Of a stretch of DNA of 64,000 nt, positions 8,097-17,464 are shown piece after piece (the first letter of the stretch is position 1; each line of letters opens with the position of its first letter). The notes under the pieces were generated by a model that was given only the letters and a program-made list of their open reading frames with translations, was not told the origin of the DNA and ran no database searches. Position numbers and translations under genes: made by a program. Source of the stretch: Thermodesulfovibrionales bacterium (GTDB lineage Bacteria; Nitrospirota; Thermodesulfovibrionia; Thermodesulfovibrionales; SM23-35); NCBI GenBank assembly GCA_041658585.1, contig JBAZZX010000002.1, positions 4,704-68,703 on the forward strand, read 5' to 3'.

Positions 8097-9019
8097 TGAA
8101 TCAAAGGAAAAAATCAGTCTTAATTACAATCGGGTTATCGATAGTATTGCTCATCATCGTAGCCTGTGCAACAGAAGAGATAGCCCCGGTAACAGCACAG
8201 CCTGTACCAGAGGCAACTGCACAGCCTGCAGAGACTGCAGTGGAGGCGCCGAAACCCGCACCGAAACCGCTCTCTACCTATGATGTTGAACTGACACCCC
8301 TTACTCCTGCTGATTGTGGCCGCTGCCATGCGAGTGTCTTTAATCAGATCAAAGCTGAAGGCGGCAAGCATAAGATCGACTGTACAAAATGTCATACCAA
8401 GTTTCATGCGTACAATCCGGTGAAACAGAACTGGAACGATATCATGCCTCAATGTAAAACTTGTCATGGCCTTATCCATGGTGAGAAATTCGCAGTATGT
8501 GCGACATGTCACTCAAATCCGCATGCTCCCAAAACACAAATGACCATGAGCGCGGAAATGTCAAAGGTGTGCGGCGATTGTCACGTAAAAGTAGCACCGG
8601 TACTTCAGAACAATCCAAGCAAACATACCAAGGTTGCATGCGCGGCATGCCATCACGACAAGCATGGCTACATCCCATCCTGCATGGAATGTCATAAACC
8701 GCATTCAGCAAATCAGACAGTTAAGGATTGTCTGGCGTGCCACCCGGTACATTCTCCTCTAAAAATCAGCTATGCCATTTCAACTCCTACTGATGTCTGT
8801 GGAGCTTGCCACAGCGCAGTGTATGGTAAACTCAAAGCCAATACCAGTAAACACTCGACATTGACCTGTGCAGCATGTCACACAAAACATAGATTTATCC
8901 CTAAATGTGATGGTTGCCACAGCAAACCTCATGGCGAAGCAATGCTCAAGAAGTTCCCGAACTGTTCAGCTTGTCATGTGAGCGCACACGAAATTCCATC
9001 GAAGTCGGTCGCAAAATAA
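8096..9019 (+). CDS. Dodecaheme c-type cytochrome, lipoprotein-like paralogue
   Basis: 12 CxxCH motifs collinear with the previous gene. The N-terminus ...LLIIVAC is followed by a Pro/Ala-rich linker. The start overlaps the upstream stop (TGATG). Confidence 0.9.
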   Translation: MNQRKKSVLITIGLSIVLLIIVACATEEIAPVTAQPVPEATAQPAETAVEAPKPAPKPLSTYDVELTPLTPADCGRCHASVFNQIKAEGGKHKIDCTKCHTKFHAYNPVKQNWNDIMPQCKTCHGLIHGEKFAVCATCHSNPHAPKTQMTMSAEMSKVCGDCHVKVAPVLQNNPSKHTKVACAACHHDKHGYIPSCMECHKPHSANQTVKDCLACHPVHSPLKISYAISTPTDVCGACHSAVYGKLKANTSKHSTLTCAACHTKHRFIPKCDGCHSKPHGEAMLKKFPNCSACHVSAHEIPSKSVAK

Positions 9020-9036
9020 AAGAGCTTTCCTTTAAA

Positions 9037-9066
9037 CCCCGGGGGAATTCTCCCCCGGGGTTTTTT
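9037..9066 (+). terminator. Rho-independent terminator
   Basis: ccccggggga / attc / tcccccgggg followed by tttttt. Confidence 0.75.
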
Positions 9067-9073
9067 GTCTATA

Positions 9074-9233
9074 GAGCCTCTTGCAAAAGTCTGATAAAGG
9101 GCCCTTCTGTCATTCTGAGCTTGTCGTTCTCCTCAGCGAATCCGCCGGGGCGGAAAGAATCATGACTAAGCAATAAGTTATGTCACCCTTCGACAAGCTC
9201 AGGGTGACAAATTAGGACTTTTGCAAGAGGCTC
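9074..9233. mobile_element. Family-A MITE-like element, complete (both terminal inverted repeats)
   Basis: gagcctcttgcaaaagt ... acttttgcaagaggctc. The inner part is a GTCATTCTGAGCTTGTCG variant with the nested hairpin ccgccggggcgg. Confidence 0.8.
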
Positions 9234-9464
9234 TATAATAATAGATTAAGGAGAACTTACATCTATATTCTTACGCCGCGCGGTAATCATTTGAAAAAAT
9301 GTCTTTGTAAGGGGATTAACCGGTAATCCTCCTTTGAAAAAAGAGAGGGGGGAGTTTTATTGATAAAATAAAAACTACACCAGCCCTTCTTCGCAAACGA
9401 GCGCGAACATATTTGGAGCATTGTGAAGAAATTGTGAAAATTGCTGAATTATCACGGAAATTTA

Positions 9465-9493
9465 TTGACAAAGGGATGTAGAGAAGTTAAAAT
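9465..9493 (+). promoter_or_regulatory. Sigma-70-type promoter
   Basis: TTGACA, a 17-nt spacer, TAAAAT. It lies 60 nt upstream of the 9554 ATG. Confidence 0.6.
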
Positions 9494-9553
9494 TAATTGT
9501 TAACTGTATAAAATATATAAAATTGCACAATACGGAATAGATAAGGAAAAGAA

Positions 9554-10354
9554 ATGCATTTAATGACAAAGACGGCGAGAAATTATATTCTTGCAATTTT
9601 GGTTCCTGCTTTGTATTTTTTGCTGAATCTTCAAGCACTCGCAGCAGAGGGGAATCCGTGCCTTACATGTCATGGTGATCTTAAGGCACAGAAAACCATT
9701 CATCAACCACTTGCTATGGGTTGTGAAGCATGCCACAAGGCGGTAGAAGGCAAAAACCATCCTGAAAAGGGCAGCATGGTTCTCATACAGGGAATGCCGG
9801 CTCTTTGTTACAGTTGTCATGACGAATCAAAATTCAAAGGAAGTTCAATCCATAAGCCCATATCCATTGGTATCTGTAAAGCATGTCATAATCCCCATAG
9901 CTCGAATTTTAAAAACCTCCTTAGAAGTGAATTACCGGAGCTTTGTTATTTTTGTCATGACAAAGGGAAATTCACAAAAAAATACAATCACAAAGTGATC
10001 AATGTGATTGGCTGTGTGACATGCCATAATCCCCATGCGAGCAACAACCCATCGCTTCTGTCCAACCCTGTTAATGAAGTCTGTGTGACCTGTCACAAGG
10101 CCCAGTCATCAGGGTTGCATATTGTCTCACTTCCTGCAAGACAGGTTCATCCGATTAAAGGCGTCAAGGATATCAGCACCCTCAAAATGATCAAAGTTCC
10201 GGACCCTAAAAATCCAAAGGTACAAGTTGAAATACCGGACCCCAACGTTCCCGGCAAGGAATTAAGCTGCGCAAGCTGTCATAACCCGCATAGTTCGGAT
10301 TATCCAAAACTCTTCCTACAGCAAAGGATCTGCCTTAGATGCCACAAATACTGA
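9554..10354 (+). CDS. Nonaheme c-type cytochrome, secreted
   Basis: 9 CxxCH motifs, several as CxxCHNPH. Signal peptide ends ...LQALAAEG. Confidence 0.9.
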   Translation: MHLMTKTARNYILAILVPALYFLLNLQALAAEGNPCLTCHGDLKAQKTIHQPLAMGCEACHKAVEGKNHPEKGSMVLIQGMPALCYSCHDESKFKGSSIHKPISIGICKACHNPHSSNFKNLLRSELPELCYFCHDKGKFTKKYNHKVINVIGCVTCHNPHASNNPSLLSNPVNEVCVTCHKAQSSGLHIVSLPARQVHPIKGVKDISTLKMIKVPDPKNPKVQVEIPDPNVPGKELSCASCHNPHSSDYPKLFLQQRICLRCHKY

Positions 10355-11409
10355 AACCAGGGGGCCGACTATTGCCTAATAAATATCAATCAGCAGTTCT
10401 CAACAGGATATTCGTCTTACTGATACTTGTTATTATGATTGCAGGCTGCGTTACCGCATCAAGTCAGAGTGATCAAGCCATGGGTGAATACGTTTGGCCG
10501 ACTCCGCCTGAGACTCCCAGGATCAAGTTCGTAAGACAGTGGTATCACAAATATGATTTCGGAAAACCAAACAAATTTCTCAATCTATTAATCGGTGAGG
10601 AACGCGGCATACGTCTCCGGAGACCGGCCGGCGTAGTATCGGATTTGGCAGGCAATGTTTACGTGGCGGATTCAGAACACGGGGTTATATTCGTCTTTGA
10701 CCAGGAGAAGAAAGTCCTTCGCTTTCTGGGTGAAGGATTGCTGTCCGCCCCTATCGGTCTTGCAATAAATAACAAGAAAGGGATATTGTTTGTATCCGAC
10801 TCAAGACTTGACAAGGTTTTCGGTATTGACAAAAATAGCGGCAAGGTTTTAATGGATTTGGGTACTCCAGGCCAGTTCAAGAATCCATCCGGGTTGGTCT
10901 ATGATGAAACCAACGATCGGCTCTATGCGTCCGATACCAAAAACCATGTGGTAAGAGTTTTTGATGAAAACGGCAAGTCTTTACTGACAGTCGGAAAGAA
11001 GGGAAATGAAGATGGAGAATTCAGTTATCCAAGCTTCCTGGCTCTGGACAAGTCCGGCAGGCTTTATGTTGTTGACTCTTTGAATTTCAGGGTACAGATA
11101 TTTGACCGCGAAGGCCGGTTTATCAAGAAATTCGGCAAATTGGGTGACTCCTCCGGATCTTTCTCCCGACCCGCAGGAATAGGAGTCGATTCTGAAGGAC
11201 ATGTCTATGTGGTTGATACGTCTTTTAATAACTTCCAGATTTTCAGCGAGGATGGAAAACTCCTGTTGTGGGTCGGACAGGGAGGCGGAAAACCGGGGGA
11301 ATTCTCCCTTCCTACGGGGATGTATATTGACGGAAAAGACATGATTTATGTTTCAGACACATTTACCAGACGAATTCAGGTATTTCAGTATTTGAAGGAA
11401 AATAAATAA
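10339..11409 (+). CDS. NHL-repeat beta-propeller lipoprotein
   Basis: Lipobox MIAGC. Repeated G.F..P.G(I/L)A.D..G..YV.D..N.R(I/V)QIF units. Confidence 0.85.
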   Translation: MPQILKPGGRLLPNKYQSAVLNRIFVLLILVIMIAGCVTASSQSDQAMGEYVWPTPPETPRIKFVRQWYHKYDFGKPNKFLNLLIGEERGIRLRRPAGVVSDLAGNVYVADSEHGVIFVFDQEKKVLRFLGEGLLSAPIGLAINNKKGILFVSDSRLDKVFGIDKNSGKVLMDLGTPGQFKNPSGLVYDETNDRLYASDTKNHVVRVFDENGKSLLTVGKKGNEDGEFSYPSFLALDKSGRLYVVDSLNFRVQIFDREGRFIKKFGKLGDSSGSFSRPAGIGVDSEGHVYVVDTSFNNFQIFSEDGKLLLWVGQGGGKPGEFSLPTGMYIDGKDMIYVSDTFTRRIQVFQYLKENK

Positions 11410-11465
11410 ATGTACGATAAACTGGATGAAAAATATTGCAGCGCCGATCCGTCAAAATTCCATGC

Positions 11466-13463
11466 ATGACATTGAAAGAACGAAAGAATATTTTTACGTT
11501 GATTCCATGCATCATCTTTTCTTGGCTGGGGGAAAAAAATAGGGTTCTCTCTTCCGGGCGCATTGTAATATTTGTATTTGCGCTGTTTTTTTTTTCGGCA
11601 ATCTTCACATTACCCTATAAATCCTTAGCCATGTCAACAAATCAGGGAGGAATGGGAGGAACCGGACCGGAAACAGGAATCTCTTACTCTCAACTTTACG
11701 GAGGCAAAACTAAGGCAAGATATTCCTTCAGATTTGATGGCCTGGTTGAATTGACTTACCGAGACTCTACAATATTGACATCGTACAATGGTATAAGACA
11801 AAAAACCGGCTGGACTTCTTTCGGACAGCGGTACAAACTTGGCGGGCATGGTTTCATTTATCACCACAAGCTGCTTAAATATTACGTAAACGTAGGCTTT
11901 AACTCGGACAAAACAAAAAATGACAATGAGACAGGTTCTGTCAATTCAAAACAAATAACCTATGATCTGGGGTTGATTTTTTTTAACACGAGGCCGGTTA
12001 CTCTGGACCTTTATGCTTCGAGAACACTTTATGCCGGCGGCGGCTCCAACTTGACTGATGATTCTGTCTCCACATCATATGGCATCCGTTTGGTCTCGGT
12101 AAAAAAACCATTGCCTGTAATACGTATGGAATATTCCCATTGGGATTATCATGCCGAACGAATGGGCGGCACGAGGTTTTACGACGAATGGGAGGGGAAG
12201 TCCATAATTGTGAAACAAAAGGTCAAATACGAGACAATCAGCGACAGATTCGATATCTATGCAAACGGCTTTTGGAAGTCCCTAAAAACACGATATTCAT
12301 TCAGTTCCGGCTTTGTAAAATTTTCGACTCTGAACCGGGATTTCGATACGTTTTATATCAGGACCAGTTTCTATACGCAATTTAAAAGTAACCATTCTCT
12401 CTGGAGTTCTTTTCAGTATAGGAAGATTGACACATCAAAGCTTCTAAACATTTCATTTGATTACAAGCCGGTCCCCATCAAAAACATACATCATAGCTAC
12501 AGCTTTGAGTATATGAAATCGGAAACACCGGATACTAAATCAAATGCCTATATATTTGGCAGCCTATGGCGCTACCGGTTTTCTCCCAAGACCAATGCCA
12601 AAGTGGATTTCCATTACAGGCTCGGTTCAAATTCCGGAGACGACGAGACAGCCATAAAATTCGATGCTTCCATTAACCACGGCAGACCGTTAAAAGTATT
12701 CGATTTAATCACCCAGTATAACTTTTTTATCGGACAGGAAACAAACGACAATAATTTCACTTTTCTGGAAAATAGACTTTACCTTTCTCTGGCGACGAGG
12801 AAATACCGATGGGGGAAAATATATACGACTTATGACATCAGATACAATATCTTTAATTTTAAATTCAACTCAACAGACCCCGGCAAGCCCACATCAAAGG
12901 ATACTGACGAAATACAGCATAGATTCAGACTTGGAGCAAAAGTCAAAGGACCTTTAAGGGCTTCATGGTCCGTCGAACTGGAAGCCAGATACCTTGATTC
13001 CTCTGAAAAAAATGCAGGTGCATGGAAGAGTGTGTGGATAGGTGAAAATCAATGGGCGCAGAAGATCAGGCATTATTCCGCGAAGGCGGATCTCCGCTAC
13101 CCTATCGGAAGAAAAGGTACTTTGTCACTCGCCGGAAGCTATACCATGGGTGAGACGAATTCCCAACCGATCAGGAAGTATGATTATGAATCACGGTTGC
13201 ATTACAACATTTTCAGAGACCTCCGCTTTTCCGGCTGGTGGAGAGTTGAATGGCGAAGTGCAGGATGGTGGAGTAACGGCAACTTGCAAAATGTCGACAG
13301 GCAGTTTTACAATGATACGAAAACAACGGATTATCAATTCAACCTTGATTATGCCTGGAGAAAACTCTTTTTTTCGATGGAATACGCATGGACCAAATTT
13401 GAAGAAGGAACAATTGAAACAGATGCAAAACGTATGTATTTAAGGGTAAGCAGACCATTTTGA
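11466..13463 (+). CDS. Large outer-membrane beta-barrel-like protein (putative porin of the cytochrome conduit)
   Basis: ~666 aa from the ATG at 11466 (the ORF track starts at TTG 11436). It has a hydrophobic signal-like segment ...FFFSAIFTLPYKSLA, an aromatic-rich alternating pattern throughout, and a C-terminal ...YLRVSRPF. Confidence 0.65.
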   Translation: MTLKERKNIFTLIPCIIFSWLGEKNRVLSSGRIVIFVFALFFFSAIFTLPYKSLAMSTNQGGMGGTGPETGISYSQLYGGKTKARYSFRFDGLVELTYRDSTILTSYNGIRQKTGWTSFGQRYKLGGHGFIYHHKLLKYYVNVGFNSDKTKNDNETGSVNSKQITYDLGLIFFNTRPVTLDLYASRTLYAGGGSNLTDDSVSTSYGIRLVSVKKPLPVIRMEYSHWDYHAERMGGTRFYDEWEGKSIIVKQKVKYETISDRFDIYANGFWKSLKTRYSFSSGFVKFSTLNRDFDTFYIRTSFYTQFKSNHSLWSSFQYRKIDTSKLLNISFDYKPVPIKNIHHSYSFEYMKSETPDTKSNAYIFGSLWRYRFSPKTNAKVDFHYRLGSNSGDDETAIKFDASINHGRPLKVFDLITQYNFFIGQETNDNNFTFLENRLYLSLATRKYRWGKIYTTYDIRYNIFNFKFNSTDPGKPTSKDTDEIQHRFRLGAKVKGPLRASWSVELEARYLDSSEKNAGAWKSVWIGENQWAQKIRHYSAKADLRYPIGRKGTLSLAGSYTMGETNSQPIRKYDYESRLHYNIFRDLRFSGWWRVEWRSAGWWSNGNLQNVDRQFYNDTKTTDYQFNLDYAWRKLFFSMEYAWTKFEEGTIETDAKRMYLRVSRPF

Positions 13464-13540
13464 CACATACTGATGATCGTGCAAATTTATCAAATACCAG
13501 GGACAATTTCCAAAAATATCATAGCTATTTAGATATTATA

Positions 13541-14599
13541 ATGAAGTCAATAAATTGCTTAAACAAGCTTCTTGCCCTTTGCTTTCTATTCGCAGTTGTG
13601 ACTCTTTCCGGGTGTGCTGCTTCCGGGCTTTTCAATCAGAACGACAGGTTTGCAGAACAGAAGGTTGTGCCGGTCTGGCCGGCCCCTCCCCAGCAGCCAC
13701 GCATAAAATATCTGACGGGCTTTTCCACATCTTCCGAGCTTGGCATTAGAAAATCATGGTTCAAAAAGACAATAGAAACGGTCTTTGGAGAGGAAGAAGT
13801 TCGGGATGTACTGCTTCGGCCCTATGGTATTTTTGCGACAGATGGAAAAATTTATGTTACAGACCCCGGCACAAGGATTCTTCATATCTTTGATCCTGGA
13901 GCGGGGAGGTATTCACGCATCATGGATGCAGATACTGAAGAGTTTCAGTCTCCTATCGGTGTGGCTGCAGACGGGAATGGAGATATCTATATGACCGATT
14001 CCATTCTGAAAAAGGTGTTCGTATTCAACAGAGAAGGGAAGCACATAAGGCAAATTGGTTCCTCAGATGCATTTCTTCGACCCACGGGTATTGCTCTCGA
14101 TCATGAAAGAATTTATATAATTGATACACATGCCCATCATGTGTTAGTATTCAACAAAAAAGGCGAGCACCTCTTCAGTTTTGGCGGCAACGGAGCAAAA
14201 AAAGGCGAATTCAACTATCCAACTAATATTTTCAAAGGCAAAGACGGTCTGCTCTATATCACTGATTCCATGAACTTCCGGGTCCAGATTTTTGACAGAG
14301 ACGGCAAATTTGTATCCGCCTTCGGCAAACCCGGCGACGGTTCGGGCGACCTCTCAAAACCCAAAGGCATAGCAGTCGACTCCGACGGCCATATATATGT
14401 TGCCGATGCTCAATTCGACAACGTACAGATATTCAACAGTGAAGGCAAGCTTTTACTGGGGGTCGGGAAAACAGGAAACAATATTGGGCAGATGATCCTG
14501 CCGGCGGGCGTTTTTATCGACGAGTACGACAGGGTTTATGTAGCCGACTCTTACAACCACAGGATTCAGATATTTCAGTATATAAAAGAGAGGAAGTAA
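13541..14599 (+). CDS. NHL-repeat beta-propeller lipoprotein, paralogue
   Basis: MKSINCLNKLLALCFLFAVVTLSGC lipobox. It has the same VWPAPP..PRIK N-terminal motif and NHL units as 10339..11409. Confidence 0.85.
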   Translation: MKSINCLNKLLALCFLFAVVTLSGCAASGLFNQNDRFAEQKVVPVWPAPPQQPRIKYLTGFSTSSELGIRKSWFKKTIETVFGEEEVRDVLLRPYGIFATDGKIYVTDPGTRILHIFDPGAGRYSRIMDADTEEFQSPIGVAADGNGDIYMTDSILKKVFVFNREGKHIRQIGSSDAFLRPTGIALDHERIYIIDTHAHHVLVFNKKGEHLFSFGGNGAKKGEFNYPTNIFKGKDGLLYITDSMNFRVQIFDRDGKFVSAFGKPGDGSGDLSKPKGIAVDSDGHIYVADAQFDNVQIFNSEGKLLLGVGKTGNNIGQMILPAGVFIDEYDRVYVADSYNHRIQIFQYIKERK

Positions 14600-15514
14600 A
14601 TGTGTTCTGAAAGAAAATATTTTTGCAGGTCATTTATCGGGATGTTCCCAAATAATACCATATATCGTCATTCCTCAACTCAACCGGGAAATCCGGTTTC
14701 CACGATCAGGCCGAAGAATAACAAGATTTATAGTTCAAGTGGTTTGACATACCAACTTGTTGGGTTCGCTATTTTTTTTCTTCTCTCAATTCCCGTAATT
14801 GCCCTCGCAGGCGGTATCAGGGATACAAAGCATAACCTTTCCGGATCACTCAGCAAATGGCAGGGAAAATTTACAGTCAAGGCAGTTGATGAACCGGAAA
14901 TATGCATTTTTTGCCATACTCCTCATAATGCGTCGCCGGCCCAACCCCTTTGGAACCATGACTTAAGCGGGGTCACAAACTATATCAATTACTGGAGCAA
15001 TACCCTTGCATCCTATTCTTCAGAGGCTGAGGCCCCACCCATTGACGGCTACTCCAAACTGTGCCTCAGTTGCCATGACGGAACGGTTGCAGTCGGCTCA
15101 GTGCAAAGCAGATCGCTGGAAATACTCATGGAGGCCGGCGAGTGTGTCGATGGTTCAGGGAAACTCATCGTCGGCGGAGAGTGCAGCGGATACATCGGGA
15201 CCGATCTTTCGGGAGGACATCCGATATCCATTGTTTACAACCAGTTTCTGGTCGACAAGAGAAATGAAAAAACCAACTTATGCCAGCTTAATCCCCCTCC
15301 GAGCAGTGATCCCGATGTGAAACTTTATCCGACACAGGGAGGTCAGCGGGGTGTGCAGTGCACGAGCTGTCATGACCCGCACACAAATAAGTCGGCAGAA
15401 CTCAAAGACGGCCAGTTATGGCCGCCTTTGTGGCAAAAGCCTTCCTACAATGATGTCTGCTATGTCTGCCACAAAGTTGACTGCGGTGAACCAACAGAGA
15501 TATGGCCATGGTAA
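14600..15514 (+). CDS. Tetraheme c-type cytochrome with an N-terminal membrane anchor
   Basis: CIFCH, CLSCH, CTSCH, CYVCH. One TM helix, LVGFAIFFLLSIPVIALAGG. Confidence 0.85.
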   Translation: MCSERKYFCRSFIGMFPNNTIYRHSSTQPGNPVSTIRPKNNKIYSSSGLTYQLVGFAIFFLLSIPVIALAGGIRDTKHNLSGSLSKWQGKFTVKAVDEPEICIFCHTPHNASPAQPLWNHDLSGVTNYINYWSNTLASYSSEAEAPPIDGYSKLCLSCHDGTVAVGSVQSRSLEILMEAGECVDGSGKLIVGGECSGYIGTDLSGGHPISIVYNQFLVDKRNEKTNLCQLNPPPSSDPDVKLYPTQGGQRGVQCTSCHDPHTNKSAELKDGQLWPPLWQKPSYNDVCYVCHKVDCGEPTEIWPW

Positions 15515-16629
15515 AGTTTTTCCGGTTGTCCTTGTTTATTATCTCTTTAAGCATTCCGTTGACTTTTTTTTCTTCAGCCCATTCAAAGTCTCTTATCGAG
15601 AAAACGCATTTTGATAAAACAAAAGTCCCTATGGGATGCGGAAGTTGCCATATAGGTCATGGTAGAATCCGCACCCCCATGCTGCCCGAAAGGAGAGACC
15701 AGTTCTGTTTCATATGCCATGGAGATAGCTATGCCCTCGACAAAGCGCAAAAAGAGGGTCGCATTGCAAAGAGTGTCAGAGAAAATAATATCAAGAAAGA
15801 GTTTGAGAAACCCAACCACCATCCCATAGAACAAAATACCGGTTTGCACACATACGATGAAATTCTCCCTGAAATCGATTCTTCCATGCCGAGGCACGTG
15901 TCATGCGGTGACTGCCACCATCATCATTTTGTGTCAAAAGAAAATAAAATGCTGGGGATAAGGGGCACAACATCACAAAGAGTGAAAGTCGCCGTATCGG
16001 CTGAATATGAACTCTGCTTTAACTGCCATTCTTACAGCGCCAATCTTCCGTTATATCAAACAAACAAGGCAGAATTGTTTAACATATTGAATCCATCCTT
16101 TCATCCCGTTGTCGGTACGGGGAAAAACATTTCAATGACAAGTCTTATTGCGCCGTTGACAGTATCAAGTCAGATCAAATGCACAGACTGCCATGGCAGC
16201 GACGATCCGACCGGACCGAGAGGTCCTCATGGTTCACAATACAAGTATATACTGTCGAAGAACTTTTCCGATTCTGATGGGCCTGAGAATATTACACAAT
16301 ACGAACTCTGCTACAGTTGTCACAGAAGAAATAGTATATTGAACAACGAAAGCTTCTCTTATCACAATCTGCATATTTCAGATGTGGGGACTTCTTGCAG
16401 GACATGCCACAATCCCCATGGCAGCACAAAGAACCAGCATCTGATTGACTTTGAATCCACCTTTGTTATCAGGCCGTCAACAAGCGGGAGGATGGCTTAT
16501 ACATCAATGGGACCGAATACCGGACAATGCTATCTAACCTGTCACGATAAAGACCATAATCCGGAAGTCTACCCGAAAGGTTCATCAAAACCGGCAGCAC
16601 AGACGTCTTCTTCCAAAAAGAAAAAATAG
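15502..16629 (+). CDS. Multiheme c-type cytochrome (7 CxxCH plus 1 CxxxCH), secreted
   Basis: Motifs counted in the translation. Signal peptide ...FFSSAHSKS. Lys-rich C-terminus. Confidence 0.85.
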   Translation: MAMVKFFRLSLFIISLSIPLTFFSSAHSKSLIEKTHFDKTKVPMGCGSCHIGHGRIRTPMLPERRDQFCFICHGDSYALDKAQKEGRIAKSVRENNIKKEFEKPNHHPIEQNTGLHTYDEILPEIDSSMPRHVSCGDCHHHHFVSKENKMLGIRGTTSQRVKVAVSAEYELCFNCHSYSANLPLYQTNKAELFNILNPSFHPVVGTGKNISMTSLIAPLTVSSQIKCTDCHGSDDPTGPRGPHGSQYKYILSKNFSDSDGPENITQYELCYSCHRRNSILNNESFSYHNLHISDVGTSCRTCHNPHGSTKNQHLIDFESTFVIRPSTSGRMAYTSMGPNTGQCYLTCHDKDHNPEVYPKGSSKPAAQTSSSKKKK

Positions 16630-16650
16630 TATAGGTGGGCAATATATTTT

Positions 16651-16718
16651 CATCCTGAGCTTGTCGAACCATGACATTTGCTAAATCGCCGGTAGCCCTT
16701 CGACAAGCTCAGGACGAC
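16651..16718. repeat. Family-A hairpin arm pair without terminal repeats
   Basis: catcctgagcttgtcgaaccatgac ... cccttcgacaagctcaggacgac. Confidence 0.65.
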
Positions 16719-16735
16719 AGATTCTCCAACCGAAT

Positions 16736-17455
16736 TTAGATTCGCTGTATCAGAGTCTTCATTTCCCCGACAGCCCGTTCCATCCCAACTAGCACAGCCC
16801 TTGATATGATGCTGTGTCCGATGTAAAGACCCCTCAACCCCTGTATTGAGGCTATTTTTTGAACATTAAAATAATTTAATCCGTGGCCGGCATTGACCAG
16901 AAGACCCGAATCCAGGGCGTGCTTAATTGCGCTTACAATACGGATGAATTCCTTTTCCGCTTTTTTCCCTCTTGCATTGGCATACATGCCCGTATGGATC
17001 TCGACCATATCAGCGCCTATCTCTCTTGTTATTTCAATATCCTTTGCCTCAGGATTAATAAACAGACTGACAGGGATTCCGGAGTCATGGATTTTCTTTA
17101 TTGCTTCGCTGACAGCTTTTTTATGGGACTTCACATCCAGTCCGCCTTCTGTTGTCAATTCCTGTCTTTTTTCAGGGACCAGAGTAACCATATCGGGCTT
17201 TATTTTGGATGCAATGTCTATCATTTCTTTGGTTGCTGCCATTTCGAGGTTGAGTTCCACCGGAACAAATTCCCTCAATATCTTCAAATCCCGGTCCTGA
17301 ATATGACGTCTGTCTTCTCTAAGGTGGACTGTGATGCCATCTGCGCCACCAAGGATAGCAAAGGTTGCAGCCATAACAGGATCAGGCTCAACACCCAGCC
17401 GCGACTGTCTCAGGGTTGCGACATGATCTATGTTAACACCCAATAACATAAACAC
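16736..17455 (-). CDS. pdxJ: Pyridoxine 5'-phosphate synthase
   Basis: [15 protein letters not shown]..., 239 aa. Confidence 0.9.
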   Translation of the reverse strand: MFMLLGVNIDHVATLRQSRLGVEPDPVMAATFAILGGADGITVHLREDRRHIQDRDLKILREFVPVELNLEMAATKEMIDIASKIKPDMVTLVPEKRQELTTEGGLDVKSHKKAVSEAIKKIHDSGIPVSLFINPEAKDIEITREIGADMVEIHTGMYANARGKKAEKEFIRIVSAIKHALDSGLLVNAGHGLNYFNVQKIASIQGLRGLYIGHSIISRAVLVGMERAVGEMKTLIQRI

Positions 17456-17464
17456 CTCTACGAG

